A stretch of 63,805 bases of DNA, filler included, from Chrysochromulina tobinii (lineage: Eukaryota), in NCBI GenBank assembly GCA_001275005.1. It is 7 parts of 7 records of this genome, joined end to end, with 100 filler letters (N's around TTAATTAATTAA, not from the genome) between each part and the next. Parts side by side here need not be neighbours in the genome. Positions count along the whole stretch, not along the records: positions 9,437 to 32,392 come from JWZX01000607.1; positions 32,493 to 48,504 come from JWZX01000609.1; 5 more parts are not named here. The stretch is one strand, 5' to 3'. The notes beneath the pieces are model-generated. The model was given only the letters and a program-made list of their open reading frames with translations, was not told where the DNA came from and searched no databases. Position 1 is the stretch's first letter, and each line of letters starts with the position of its first letter. Of this stretch, positions 21,656 to 32,991 are shown in pieces. Both the position numbers and the translations under genes were made by a program.

Positions 21656-24600
21656 ATGGGAACCACATCTGCAGACCCTTACAGCCTGCTGACGAGCGAC
21701 GACACCGAGGAGGACGAGCCGGCCTCCAAGCGCCCATGCATTGAGCTGGACAACATGGTGGATATGGGCTTTCAAAGAGCACGAGCAGAGCGTGCTCTTC
21801 TGGCTGCCCGTGGATCCGTCCCCCGCGCCATAGAGATGCTCACGGCGTCTGTCGATGAGCATACGGCCAAGGCCGTGTGCAAGCCGGTCCGTGCCGGTGG
21901 CTGGTACTGGGTGCATGCTGGCAGCCTGCAGCCGTACACGTGGCACGTGCAGCTTGAGCTGGAGGCAGCCTATCATCGCGGCGACGCCGAGCTGCAGATC
22001 AGCGCCAACGGTCTCAAGTACGTCGTCGCCTTCGACCGCTCGGCGCCACCGACGTTGGATCGGCCGACGGCGAAGCAGCGCGGCTACGAGAAGGAGCGCG
22101 ATGTCTTCCGAGTGCTCACATCGGACGAGCTGCCGCTGCTCAGCGAGGCGCGTCACACGGCGAGGCTTGAGCGCGCGGAGGACGTGTTGCCGTACGTTGC
22201 CGAGCTCAAGGCAGCCGCGGACGCGCTGGAGGCGGCCCGGAGGGGCGTGACGGCGACGTACGAGGCGTGGCTAGCCGCCACAGCTCCGCTGCAGCTGCTT
22301 CGGGAGCAGAGCGTGGCGTTGGTGGGCACGGCGCCCGATACGACGCTCATCGGTCGCGGCAGGTTGCACAAGCTCATCACGGACTCGGGTGGGAACCTGC
22401 CCTCCGAAAAAGGCCAAGGAGAAGGTGAACCGGAATACAACCATCCTCGTCCTCAGCGCCGGCGCCGACGGCGCTCTCGTGAGCACCTCCGAGGCGGCTG
22501 GGACGGCGGTGGGTGCGGCACGTAAGGCGGCCCGCGATGAGAATGCAAGGCGAGGCGCCGTGGTGGGCGCAAAGAGGAAGGAGCTCATCGCCATCTATGA
22601 CGAGGTTGAGTTCGTCGAGTCGCTCACCCAAGGCACGGCGTCGGAAGGCTCCTTCCCATGGTACGTGCGCTCGCTCGCGACGGCGGGCTTACGGAAGCGT
22701 CAGAAGCACGCACTGCTGCAGCTCGCGATGGCATCCGCGGTGTGGCGGCTCGTAGAGCAGAGGGTGCCACCTCCGCTGCACGGGCTGCGCGTCGTATTGA
22801 CGGGCGTCATGCTCCTCTCCAATGGCGATCTGTCGACAGACTCGCACGCAGAGGTCCGTGCGCTCGTGCGACGGCTCGGTGGGCAGGGACTGCCCGGCGG
22901 CGGTGTGACCAAGAGTGAGACTGACGTCCTCATCGTGGGGCGCGGCGAGAAGGGCGAGAATGGCAAACCCAACGGTAAAGGCGAGGCCGCCGAAAGCAGT
23001 GCCAAGTATGCCGCGGCTCTCAAATTCAATACTGAGTGGAGTGAGAGGCACGAGAAGAGGGCGGCTGAGCATGCAAGTGCTCGCCCCGACGCTGCGCCAG
23101 ACGGTGCGGCGGCGACTGCTGCTGCTACTGGTGCTGCTGCTGCTGCTGTTGCTACTGCTGCTCAGTGCAGCACCGCCGGCAGTGTGGACCGGCCGCCAAT
23201 CGCGATTGTGTACGAGGAGGACGTTATTGCGTTTGTGCTCTCGGAGGGCGCCCGTGAGCTCGTGCGTGCGCGTGCCGGGCGGCCGAGCAGGCCGGTGGGG
23301 CAGTCGTCGCAGCAGCCTCGGGCGATGACCCTGCCTCCGACGCACAAGCCCGATGTGCGCTCGATCCGTTATACCTCGATTAGTCATCAGGCCCATGGTC
23401 GAGGCGAGCCGGGCGTCAAGGGGAGCGTACTCGCGGATGCGCTCGCGGCCCCTGAGGGACATAGCCTGGTGAGCGCCCTCGTCGCGGCGCAGAGTGTGGA
23501 CCCGTCGTTCGTGTGGACTATGCTCCAGACGGCGAGCGTGTCGGACGGCGCGCCGTCCAAGATGCAGCCGAGCATCATCCTCATCGATTGGGTGCCGGAT
23601 CCCGCCCGCCGTTCCCTCAGCGACGGACAGCCTTGGCAGCCGCCCGTAGCGGCTGAATCTATTCTGACACCGGATGAGGCGGGACCGTCAGAGTACCTAC
23701 TCTGTGCAGCCTCTGCGGAGCGGCCGGCTGGTGCGGCTGGCCTCGTGGCCGGCTTGGAGATGCAGTCTGGGTCCGTTCGGCCGAGCTTGGAGATGCAATC
23801 TGGCTCCATCTGGCTCGGCTCAGCGATGCTCGAGGACGGATCGAGCCCAGGCACCCTGCGCCTTCGCGACGGCGGCAACACACACCTCGAGGCGATCTGT
23901 GCGCGCCGCCAAAAGCCGCGCATCCGCCACGCCTATCGCGTCTCCGCCGACACCACCATTGAGGCGGGCCACGGACAGATGCACTCCAAGTTCTGGCTGC
24001 TCCACTTTGCCTCGGTGCACGACGACGGGCGCGAGGTTGTGCGGCTGGTCGTGAGCAGCGCCAATGCGCAGGCGGGTGCGTACGGCGGCATGCCTGGCAG
24101 GCGCTCGCTTTGCGGCTTGTGGTGGGCAGACTTCGTCTGCCGCACCACCGATGCATCGCCACCGCCCCCCTCGCCCTTGCGCACCACCTTGCTTCACCAT
24201 GTGCAAGGCCTGTTCGCTTCCAAGAAGCGGCACGGGGCTGGATCGCTCGAGAACCGCACGGCGGCGGAGAGGCTGTGGCGAGAGACATTGCGTGACGCCC
24301 TGGAGAGAGCGGACACGTCTCCGGCAGATGCGGCCGGCACCACTCTCATCTCCCACGTGCCCGGCACCTATCCGCATGCGATGGCCACGCCCGGCTCGCC
24401 CGATACAATCTCGCCGCTGGCGAGCCTCCGAGGGTGCGAGCTGCCAGACGCAATCTCGGAGGTGCAATCTCGCAGCCTCCGAGGGTGCGAGCTGCCTCCG
24501 ATGGGGCTGGTGGCCTTGCGTGAGTGCTTCCACAGTGCGCTACGGCACCCCTCTGAGCGATTGGACTGTTCAGTCCTCGCCCACTGCGCCTCCGGCTGGT

Positions 24601-25214
24601 CGGCCGGCGGCGACGGTGCGCAGCGCTTTCGCCAGTGGTGTGAGGCTGCCGCCCCCAACGGCGGTCACGTCACGTTCCACTGGCCGCGCCGGGGTGACAG
24701 CAGCATATTGGGGAGTGCGCGCGCGGCTGCGCCTCGTGAGGGCTTCCATGAATGCCGCATGCCCGAGTGGCTGATCGCACTGCCGATGGTGCAGCTGGCC
24801 CTCCGGCCCGACATCCTTCCGGCCGACAACTCAGGCTACCAAGCTACGCCGCATCTGATGCTCTACGTGCTGCACGAGCCGTTACCAGCGGACGGCCAGC
24901 CGCCGGCCATCCGCCGGCTGCTCCTCACCTCGGCCAACCTCTCCGCGGCGCCATGGGGCTACGCGAGATCGGGCGAGATCGAGATTCGCAATTTCGAGCT
25001 TGGTGTGTGCGTGGCCCCCGAGTGGCCGGCCGAGCTCGTCGAGCCCCTCGGAAGCCCGAAGGGCCCCGACCAGGCCGGCCGTAGCCACCGAGTCTGGGCA
25101 CAGGCCATCCCCTTCCACCTGGAACGGCGTGCCCCGTGCACAGACCCGTTCCTGGGCAAGGGGATCGGGACTCGCAGCGACGGGCGAGCGGAGATCGGCC
25201 ATCTCAACTACTAA
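21656..25214 (+). CDS. UBA-WWE-BRCT-BRCT-tyrosyl-DNA phosphodiesterase 1-like protein with a +1 frameshift near 22400 (sequence error or pseudogene)
   Basis: UBA (VDMGFQRARAERAL), WWE (WYW...PY...LELEAAYHRG), BRCT1 split across the frameshift, BRCT2 (LHGLRVVLTG...DVLIVG), TDP1/PLD motifs MHSKFWLL...VVSSAN and PHLMLY...LTSANLSAAPWG...IRNFELGV. Confidence 0.75.
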
Positions 25215-25489
25215 CTTGGAAGGTCCGGTTGTTGAGGAGAAAGCCGAGCGAGATCGTGGCGTTACTTTACACGATACGAGATAGAGAGTTTTCGTCAAAG
25301 GACACCTACGCTACATGTGTAGGCATTTATAAGACCACAACAGATCCCGAGCACTGAATCCTCCATGTCGTCTAGAAGCTACTGAGGGGTCCTCGTGCGG
25401 TTGACTTGTGCGTTGTGGCGTAAAAATGGACATCTCCAGCCTTACCGCGAGGATAGGATCGCGCGATGTAGGCTGCGACGCTGGCGGCC

Positions 25490-28400
25490 TCACCAAAGAT
25501 GCCAGCCAAAGAGCTCAGGCCCCGTGCCTGGGCTTCCACTGGCGTAGTGTTTGGAGCCGTGTGGCTCTTCATCCTCCTCGACCACCTCAGCAAGGGAAGC
25601 TCGCTTGCCGGCGCGCCGCTCGCGGCGCTCGAGCATGTGCAGGTCAGCGCTGACATTGCCGACCACGGCAGCACGCGACGGCAGCGCAAGGCTGCGCGAC
25701 GACGGTGCAGCCGCCGGGGCAGACTCGGCAGGCCTGGACGCGCCATTTGTGAGAGCCAAAGGCGAGCTCGAGCTCGAACCCGTGCTCCAGCCCGAGCTCG
25801 AGCTCGGCATGCGCTTCTTGCCCGCCGCAGTCGAGCGATCCGTCACGGCTACTGGCACCGCCTCATCGTCAGCCGACTCCTTGCCAACCTTGCGACGCCG
25901 GGAGTCCGCACGGTACGAGGACTGAGGCGTCGAGCGTTCATCAGGCGGTGTGCGAGACGAGCTGGCAAGTGGCGGTGTTTTTTTCGAGGGCGATGCATGA
26001 CTCGGCGAGCCGCTCGAAGGTGGCGTTCGGACAGCGGACGATGAGGTAGCGGCGGCAGTAGAAGTAGGCGGCGTGCGCGAGGACGTGCGGCTCGATGGTG
26101 CGGGGGTGTCGCGTGAAGAAGCCATCGACGAAGAGGCAGCGCCTCCTCCACGCGAGGACTCGCGGAGCGACGGCGCGCCCGAAGTCTTGGTCTGCACATC
26201 CTTCGTGCGCACCGGCTTCGCCTGTAGAGCTGACTTCGCCAGGCTCAGCCGGGTCGCACCCCCTTCGCCTCGGGAGGCGGCCGCATTGCGCGCAAAGGCC
26301 GCCGCCGCAGCCGTCTCGCGCCGCTTCTGCTCGAGGTGGGCGAGGAGCTCCTCGGGTGTCTGCGGCTCCTGAGCCAGATCCCTCGCCTCCTCTTCCTTTC
26401 GCGCTTGCTCGCGGCTTCGAATCTCGTTGAGCTTGACCACAGCCGAATCGAGCTTGGACACCAAGTCGGCGATGTTCATCGCCACCTGGGCATCCGAGGC
26501 CGAGCTGCCTGCGCCGCTGGCGCCTACAGAGCGCTCGGGCGAGCTCGCACGCGACTCGGCTTCGTTTAGCCTCGCACGGAGCAGATTCTGTTCCTCGAGA
26601 TGCTTTGCGAGCTCGGCGGCGCGCTGTGAAGCCGCCTCCTCCGCTTGGCGTTTGGCGTCGAGCACCTTTTCCTTCTCGTCCTTGAGGCGTTGCGCCTCCT
26701 CCTTAAGTTTGAGGGTCTCCGCATGCTGCTGCAGCAGCAACTTTTCGTCCCGCTCCTTCTGCTCACGCATTGCGACTAGTTGCTTGTTCTTGGTGGCTTC
26801 CATGCGCGACTTGGACTCAGTGAGCTGCTGACGCAGCATCTCCGCCTCGTCCTTGGCCGTTTTCCACTTGTCGGTCATAAATCTTTGCGTTTCGTCTGCC
26901 AGCTTCTTGGCGGCCATCTTCTTGCGCAACGCGTTCGAGTCCGCCTTCTCGCGCCGCAAGAGCGAGTCCTCTGCGTACTCGAGCTGAGCCTCCTTTTGCT
27001 GAAGCTGCTTCTCGTACTTGGCCTCTTGCTCCTCCAGTTCCTTGGCGTGCTTCGCTTGCACCGCCGTCTTCGCCCTTTCGCGTTGAGCAGCTTCCTCGAG
27101 CAGCACTCGCACCCGCTCCTCCGTCAGCTGCAAGGCCTTCTCGGCCTCGTCCTTGAGCCTGAGCGCCTCGTCGCGCGATTCGTTGGCTTGCATCTTCTCT
27201 TTGGTCATCTGCTGAGTATCCTCCTTGGCCTTTTTGCGTGCCGCATTTGCCTCGGCAAGCTCTTTCTTGAGTTTGGCATTCGTGCTGTCGAGCTCTCTTT
27301 CCTCGGCACGGGCTGCCGCGGTCTTGGCTACCTCACTCTTCACCCTCTCCTGCAGCTCCCTAATCTGATTCTTCTGCCCTTCGATCACCTCGCGGGTCTC
27401 CTCCCCCTTGCGTTCGTACTCCTCCTTGGCCTCGTCCCACGCCTGGTGTGCAGCCTTGGACTTCGTGCGCTCCTCCCTGAGCATCTCGTTGAGCTCGGCA
27501 ATCTTGGCCTGCAGCCGCTCGCCTTCCTCTCGCAGCTTGGTCGCTCGCATCTCCACCTGCTCAACGGCACGCTCGCGCGTGCCGTCGGCGCTCTTGAGCA
27601 ATTGCTGCATCGACACAACATCCTGCTGTAGCACGGTCAGCTCATGCTTGGTCCTTGTGAGCGCATCCTCCGCAACCTTTTGCGCGGCGAGCGCGTTCTG
27701 CGCCACCTCCGCGTTGCGCTTGGCGAGAGCCATCGCGTCCTTCTCAGCGTCTCTCCACAAGGTAGCCTCCTTGGACTGCTCCGTCCTCAGGTGCTCGAGG
27801 TGTTGGCGCACCTTCTCCGTCTGCTGCTGCTCATCCTTGACACGTCTCTCCATCTGCTGCTGCTCATCCTTGACACGCCTCTCCATTTGTGCAACGCGCT
27901 CCTGCTCCTGTCGCACGCGCTCCTGCTCGTGCTTCACGCGCTCCTCCGTCTGCTTGAGGAGCTTATTCTGCTTCTCCTGCGCGCTTTGGGCACTGCTCTG
28001 GACCTTCTCGAGATCGCGCCGGCGCGCGGCTGCCTCGGCCTTGGCCTGGCGTACAAGCTCCTCGGCCTTCTCCTTCGCCTCCTGTATCTCCTCGTCTGCC
28101 TGCCGCTTAGCCGCCTGAGCGCCGTCCTGCGTGAGCTTGATCGACCACTTGAGCCGCTTGATCTCCTCGCGGGCAAGCTCGGTTTCCTGCTGCTGCTGCT
28201 CGATTTGCTCTTCGAGCTCGACAACGCGCTGCTGCAGCGCCGCACCGCGTTCGCTGAAGACGTGTTGCTGACGTTGGCCGTCCTCGCTGAGCTCCTTGAG
28301 CAGCCGCGCCTGCTCCTGTGCCACCTGCACGCGCTCTTTGTTCGCGTCCACGGCAGCCTGTGCAGAGGCGACGAGGCGCTCGAGCAGCTTGCGCGATTCT

Positions 28401-29677
28401 TGCCAGGCAGTCTCGCGTCGCTCCTCCTCCTGCGCGGCTAGGGCGTCGCGGCGGGCTCTCAGCTGCGCCTGTGCAGATCCGGCGAGCTCGCGTACAAGAG
28501 CAATGTCGCGCGACTCGCCCTCCTTGCCCCCAGCTTCGCTCTCCGCGGCCTCAACGGCCTCCTCGGCCAAGCAGACTGCCTCTTCCAATTGCGCCACGGC
28601 GTGTGTCTCAACGTTCGCAATGCCGGCCGCAACCAGTTGGCGAAGCGAGGCTAGCGCGAGCGCTACTCGCTGGGGCTGACGCTCGCTCATCACGCGTCGC
28701 GCGTCGCGTAGTAGCTGCTCGAGCCGTGTCTCGTCCGCAAAGCCGGCCTCTGCGCAAAGCTCCATCACTGACGCGAGATGCCGTATGCTCTCGAGCGTGT
28801 CGGGGGCATCCATGGCCTGCTGTAGCTCGCGCTCGGCGAGCTGCTGCTCACGCTCGCGCGCCCGACTGAGCAGTGCAGCGTCAATACATAGCTGTTGTGG
28901 GTCCAAGCTCGATGCCTCGCGGACCATGCTACGCAGCCTCGCAAACATCGACGGTCTGGGCCCAGTCGCAGGCGTCTCCTCATGGCCTTGTGACAGCAGG
29001 GCAAGCTCATCAACAAGCACCATTGCTTTTGCCTGCCGCGCCGTGTCATAGTGTTTGACGGTCGACGGCTGCAGGACCCGCTGAGTGGCTTGCTGCAACT
29101 GCCGGCTTCTCTCCTGCCATGTGGCATCGGCTGCCTCGAGCAAACGAGCCTCGACGCCAATATCACGAGCGGCTCGCATCTGCTGGTGCAAGCTGTCGGG
29201 GTCCACCCAACACTCGCACACATGCCGTAATCGTCGAGCCGCCTCGCACCTTCGCCTGCGTGCTCCTGCTGGACCGCCTGCGAGTGAGCTCTGGTGCTCC
29301 GCGTCCATCAGCATCCGGTGCTTATTCACCGCCGCTCGATGCTTGCGCTCGGCTGCCTTAAGGTCCTCCTGCGCGCCGTTCAATGCAGCTGTGCACACCT
29401 CGAGCGCCTGCTGCGCTTGTCGCACCAGAAGCCGCGCTGCCGCCAATGGGTCTGGGACGTCGCCTGAGCTGGCCTCTCTGGCCGACGGTCCCAGCCCTGC
29501 ATCGGCTGCGGACGACGATCCCTGTGACGGCCTGCTGCTTGAACCGGTGGGTCGACCGCTCTTCTTCGGACTCGATGAGCGACTACTTCGCGCAGAGGTC
29601 CTTGCTGGGCCCGATGGCACGCTCGTCTCATCGGGAAGAACCTGCTGCTCCTCCTGCTGCAACCCCTTGCCCAACAT
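25490..29677 (-). CDS. Large coiled-coil protein (about 1395 aa) with Ser/Pro-rich termini
   Basis: Uninterrupted 4.2-kb ORF, E/K/Q/A-rich heptad pattern over about 800 aa; first ATG at 29677. Confidence 0.8.
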   Translation of the reverse strand: MLGKGLQQEEQQVLPDETSVPSGPARTSARSSRSSSPKKSGRPTGSSSRPSQGSSSAADAGLGPSAREASSGDVPDPLAAARLLVRQAQQALEVCTAALNGAQEDLKAAERKHRAAVNKHRMLMDAEHQSSLAGGPAGARRRRCEAARRLRHVCECWVDPDSLHQQMRAARDIGVEARLLEAADATWQERSRQLQQATQRVLQPSTVKHYDTARQAKAMVLVDELALLSQGHEETPATGPRPSMFARLRSMVREASSLDPQQLCIDAALLSRAREREQQLAERELQQAMDAPDTLESIRHLASVMELCAEAGFADETRLEQLLRDARRVMSERQPQRVALALASLRQLVAAGIANVETHAVAQLEEAVCLAEEAVEAAESEAGGKEGESRDIALVRELAGSAQAQLRARRDALAAQEEERRETAWQESRKLLERLVASAQAAVDANKERVQVAQEQARLLKELSEDGQRQQHVFSERGAALQQRVVELEEQIEQQQQETELAREEIKRLKWSIKLTQDGAQAAKRQADEEIQEAKEKAEELVRQAKAEAAARRRDLEKVQSSAQSAQEKQNKLLKQTEERVKHEQERVRQEQERVAQMERRVKDEQQQMERRVKDEQQQTEKVRQHLEHLRTEQSKEATLWRDAEKDAMALAKRNAEVAQNALAAQKVAEDALTRTKHELTVLQQDVVSMQQLLKSADGTRERAVEQVEMRATKLREEGERLQAKIAELNEMLREERTKSKAAHQAWDEAKEEYERKGEETREVIEGQKNQIRELQERVKSEVAKTAAARAEERELDSTNAKLKKELAEANAARKKAKEDTQQMTKEKMQANESRDEALRLKDEAEKALQLTEERVRVLLEEAAQRERAKTAVQAKHAKELEEQEAKYEKQLQQKEAQLEYAEDSLLRREKADSNALRKKMAAKKLADETQRFMTDKWKTAKDEAEMLRQQLTESKSRMEATKNKQLVAMREQKERDEKLLLQQHAETLKLKEEAQRLKDEKEKVLDAKRQAEEAASQRAAELAKHLEEQNLLRARLNEAESRASSPERSVGASGAGSSASDAQVAMNIADLVSKLDSAVVKLNEIRSREQARKEEEARDLAQEPQTPEELLAHLEQKRRETAAAAAFARNAAASRGEGGATRLSLAKSALQAKPVRTKDVQTKTSGAPSLRESSRGGGAASSSMASSRDTPAPSSRTSSRTPPTSTAAATSSSAVRTPPSSGSPSHASPSKKTPPLASSSRTPPDERSTPQSSYRADSRRRKVGKESADDEAVPVAVTDRSTAAGKKRMPSSSSGWSTGSSSSSPLALTNGASRPAESAPAAAPSSRSLALPSRAAVVGNVSADLHMLERRERRAGKRASLAEVVEEDEEPHGSKHYASGSPGTGPELFGWHLW

Positions 29678-30248
29678 TTTGGCAAGTGGCACCCCTACGC
29701 GAATGAGCGCGTCGCGGTCACTCCGTTACGCCGTCCAGGCGCGGCGAAGCTGCCACAAGGACCCGTCGAAGAAAGCTCCGCTGCGTGTTCGGAGACGACC
29801 TTTCACCATCCACGGGAGGCGCAACTTGAGGGTTTTGGGATCGCGAGTTTCGGAAGTTACCGGTTCAAAAACACCGGGGGAGCTTACCGGTACGGTACGG
29901 TGCGGTCAGCGCCGCTTAAGAGGGTGAAACCACCCGGCAGCAGATACTTCACATTACTGGGCCCCGGCTGTACGATATGTCGTAACTACTGGGGCCCCAC
30001 CTCCGCTCTTTCATTCCAAGTTTGAAATTCACATGAACTGACACAGACAAATCGTGGTCAGAACAGTAGCTCAATCGACTCACTACATTTTACATGTACA
30101 CACAGCTGTGTACTAGAAAAATACAAAGAATAGTACACGCGTCTCGCGTTTGCTGTTCAGCTCAGGAAAGAGCTCGGGAGGCTGTGAAGTCAGGAAGTGT
30201 GACTCGGCATTCGAACTCGGGCCACCTTCAGAGCCTGGCTCCGCATCT

Positions 30249-30866
30249 TCAGTTGTTGCGGCCCTTGCCGCCCCATGAGGGCCGGGTGCGCGCAAGCCAC
30301 GCGGCCTTGGCCGCTTCCTCGGGAGAGAGCGTCGCCGCCTCTGATGCGGGGCCGCCAGCTGCGGCGAGTTCTTGCTCAACTTCAGCAAGCCTCTTCACTT
30401 TATCAGCGTCGTAGCCGTGTTCGAGCGCCGCATAGAGGTCGTCCATCTCCTTGGTGAGGGCCACGACTTTTGGCGACGCTGCGGTGGCAATCGTCGCCTC
30501 CTCGGGACGGAGTGCCGCGTCCTGTAGTGCAGCAGCAGCAGCGATCATAGCCTCGACATCAGCCATCCTCTTGACTTTATCGGCGTCATAGCCGTGAAGC
30601 AACGCCGCATAGAGGGCATTCTTCTCCTCAGTAAGGGCCGCGAGCATCGGCGCGGTGACATCGGCATCCTTTGCGAGCACCTCCTTGATTTCCGCCGCCG
30701 CTGCTTTCACGTCAGTGAGCGGCACGCTGAAAACCACTTTCTCCTCGTCCATCACGAGGAGGGCCGTGCGGCGCGCGACGAAAGGCTTGACAAGGCTCCG
30801 TGTCGGAGAGACGTTGAGCGCGGCGCAGCTCGCAAACAGTGTCATCAACTGAAAGCCGGGCACCAT
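30249..30866 (-). CDS. Putative plastid-targeted protein with two internal repeats
   Basis: Signal + transit-like N-terminus (FQLMTLFASCAALNVSPTRSLVKPFVARRTALLVM); repeat LYAAL.HGYDADKVKR.A.VE twice; C-terminal EEAAKAAWLA..RPSWG motif. Confidence 0.7.
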   Translation of the reverse strand: MVPGFQLMTLFASCAALNVSPTRSLVKPFVARRTALLVMDEEKVVFSVPLTDVKAAAAEIKEVLAKDADVTAPMLAALTEEKNALYAALLHGYDADKVKRMADVEAMIAAAAALQDAALRPEEATIATAASPKVVALTKEMDDLYAALEHGYDADKVKRLAEVEQELAAAGGPASEAATLSPEEAAKAAWLARTRPSWGGKGRNN

Positions 30867-31328
30867 TCCGGCGAGAGTGATGGCGCGATGCAAAGCGCAG
30901 AAAGTACCGGTAAAAAGACACCGGTAAAAGAACTGCCGATTCACCCGTATTTTTGATGACGATGATGAGGTGCCCGCGAAGGCGGATCTTGGCGCCTACA
31001 GGACAAGAGGCCGTCCGCTTGGTCCAAGTGCGGGTAGTGGGTATTAAGTGGGTATTATGTGAGTATCCGGATACAAGTTCAAGTATCGTGAGGTTCGCGC
31101 ATCGCGTCCAGCGCGTCGCGCTCGCGCGCGCATCCAATGCGCTCGCGAACGAAAACAATTGAACACAATAATCCCAAGAATAATCCTGAGGCGATCACTG
31201 ATCCTGATGAGCACGGCGAGGACTTTCGGACGATATATTCAGATCACGGACCCATTTATGAAAACCCGAACCATAAAAGGAAGGTACCGTACTTTGAACA
31301 ATGAGATGGATTTCGTCAGCGTTGATCG

Positions 31329-32392
31329 ATGAAAGGACAAGGTCTTCGGTCCGTCGACGTTGTCATGCGGAAGCCTGAGCCAGTTCCGAGCGCCACCGGC
31401 GCGGCGAAGCCCGCGGCGCGCGCGCCGCGCGCCGCGCGCGTGTCGGCGTGGCGCGGCTGGCGCGAGTTGCGCGCGGCGCCGTGCCGCTTTTTGGGGCTCG
31501 CCGCGTTCCTCTTCGCGGTGTTCGGCGGCGGGGGCCTCGGCGTCCTGATGAGCTACGCGACCCACGAAGCGGACGAGGGGCATGCGAGGGAGCAGGTGCG
31601 TGCGCGGGAGCTCGTGTCCTCCGTCGCGGCTTCCTTCGGCGCGCAGCTGCGCGGCGCGCTCAACCCGTCGCTCGCTGTGGCGACCTTCATCGAGTCGGGG
31701 CCGCTGCCGACGCACGAGGCCGTGCAGAGATGGTTCACGCGCGCGGCGCCGGCGCTCGTCATAACGTCGCTGGCCATCGACTCCGTCCAGATTGCGCCGT
31801 ACGGCCACGTCGCGGCCATCTACCCCCTCGTGTCGGCGCGGCGCAACGCGACGGGCATCCTGCTCGGCGGCGACCCGGGCGGTGGGCACGACTTGTTCAA
31901 TGCGAGCTCGGTCCTCGCCAACCGGCGCCAGGCAGCCATCCAGGCATTGACGACGCAGCAGCTGCATGTCGAGGGCCCCAAGAACCTCCTGTCGCCCCTC
32001 ACGACGTGCATCGCCTCTGCAAACAACATCTGCAAGTACGGTCAGTTCGCCCTGCTCTCGCGCGTCCCGCTCTTCGCTTCGACGACGGCCGCTGCGGACC
32101 CGTGGTCGCTCGGCTACCGCTGGGCGGCCGCGCCGGGCGGCCCGCCGCTGGGACCCTTCACGAACGTCACGGGCTGCGACGTCGTGCGGAGCGCCGCGAC
32201 GGGCGCGTCCCTCTGCGACACCAATGCCACGGGCGACGGGCGCCGCTTCTGGGGCTTCTTCACCATCATCGTCATGTGGAACCAGTTGCTCGAGCTCGCC
32301 GGCATCGAGCGTCTGGGCACCGAGTACAAGTGGTCCATCGCGCGCTCCGTCGAGACCTCCGACGGCACGGGCGCGTTCCCCTTGGTCGTCGT
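31329..32392 (+). CDS. CHASE-domain membrane sensor (N-terminal part of a cyclase/kinase-type receptor), 3'-truncated
   Basis: TM helix, then SVQIAPYGHVAAIYPL, GHDLF, RRQAAIQA...VEGPKNL, SRVPLF, FWGFFTIIVMWNQLL, typical of algal CHASE domains. Confidence 0.75.
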
Positions 32393-32492
32393 NNNNNNNN
32401 NNNNNNNNNNNNNNNNNNNNNNNNNNNNNNNNNNNNTTAATTAATTAANNNNNNNNNNNNNNNNNNNNNNNNNNNNNNNNNNNNNNNNNNNN
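32393..32492. other. Artificial contig spacer
   Basis: N44-TTAATTAATTAA-N44. Confidence 0.98.
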
Positions 32493-32579
32493 CGTCCGGA
32501 AAAGAACAGAGGTTCGAGTTCCGCAAACGTGTCGGTCGGGTAAAAGATAACTGGGGCGCTGTTCAGCGCTGTGACCAGC

Positions 32580-32667
32580 ACTCTACCCCGGACCGGGTGC
32601 CGGGTCCCGGACCGCGCGCGGTGCCGAAGGGCGTTCCCGCGCCGCGGCGTGCGGGCTGCTGCGCCGG
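32580..32667 (+). repeat. 88-bp sequence identical to 48417-48504 (direct repeat)
   Basis: actctaccccggaccgggtgccggg...gctgcgccgg is present at both positions. Confidence 0.92.
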
Positions 32668-32991
32668 CGCGCGGCGCGGCAGGCGTGCGAGGCGAGGCGC
32701 GCCGGACGGGCCGCGCGTCGGATTCCCCTCCGAGCTCCGTCGCGCAAACCGCAATCTCGAATGAATCATCCCGTCCGATTCATCTTCATCTGACATCTCA
32801 CCCACACATCGACGTAAAAGCAAGCAACCAACAAGCAACCTGTCACCGCGGCCGCTTCCAGCACGCTCACTTTCACACCACTTGCAAAGAGCGCACATTT
32901 AACACCAAGCTCGTCACAGTGACGTTCATCGTCTCCGTCGCGTGTGCACCATTCGCCACGGCTTCATCGCCACCGTCGGCGTCGGCGCTTC

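Noticed and set aside
19466..25214. HET-like + PLD-fold pair as a bacterial-style defence operon
   Set aside because: The genes are divergent, eukaryotic in architecture (UBA, myristoylation), and the PLD is TDP1-type; there is no evidence of functional linkage beyond adjacency.
32505..32580. Possible tRNA (GGTTCGAGTTCC motif)
   Set aside because: No cloverleaf or A-box could be assembled by eye; no tRNA, rRNA or telomeric array is supported anywhere in the window.
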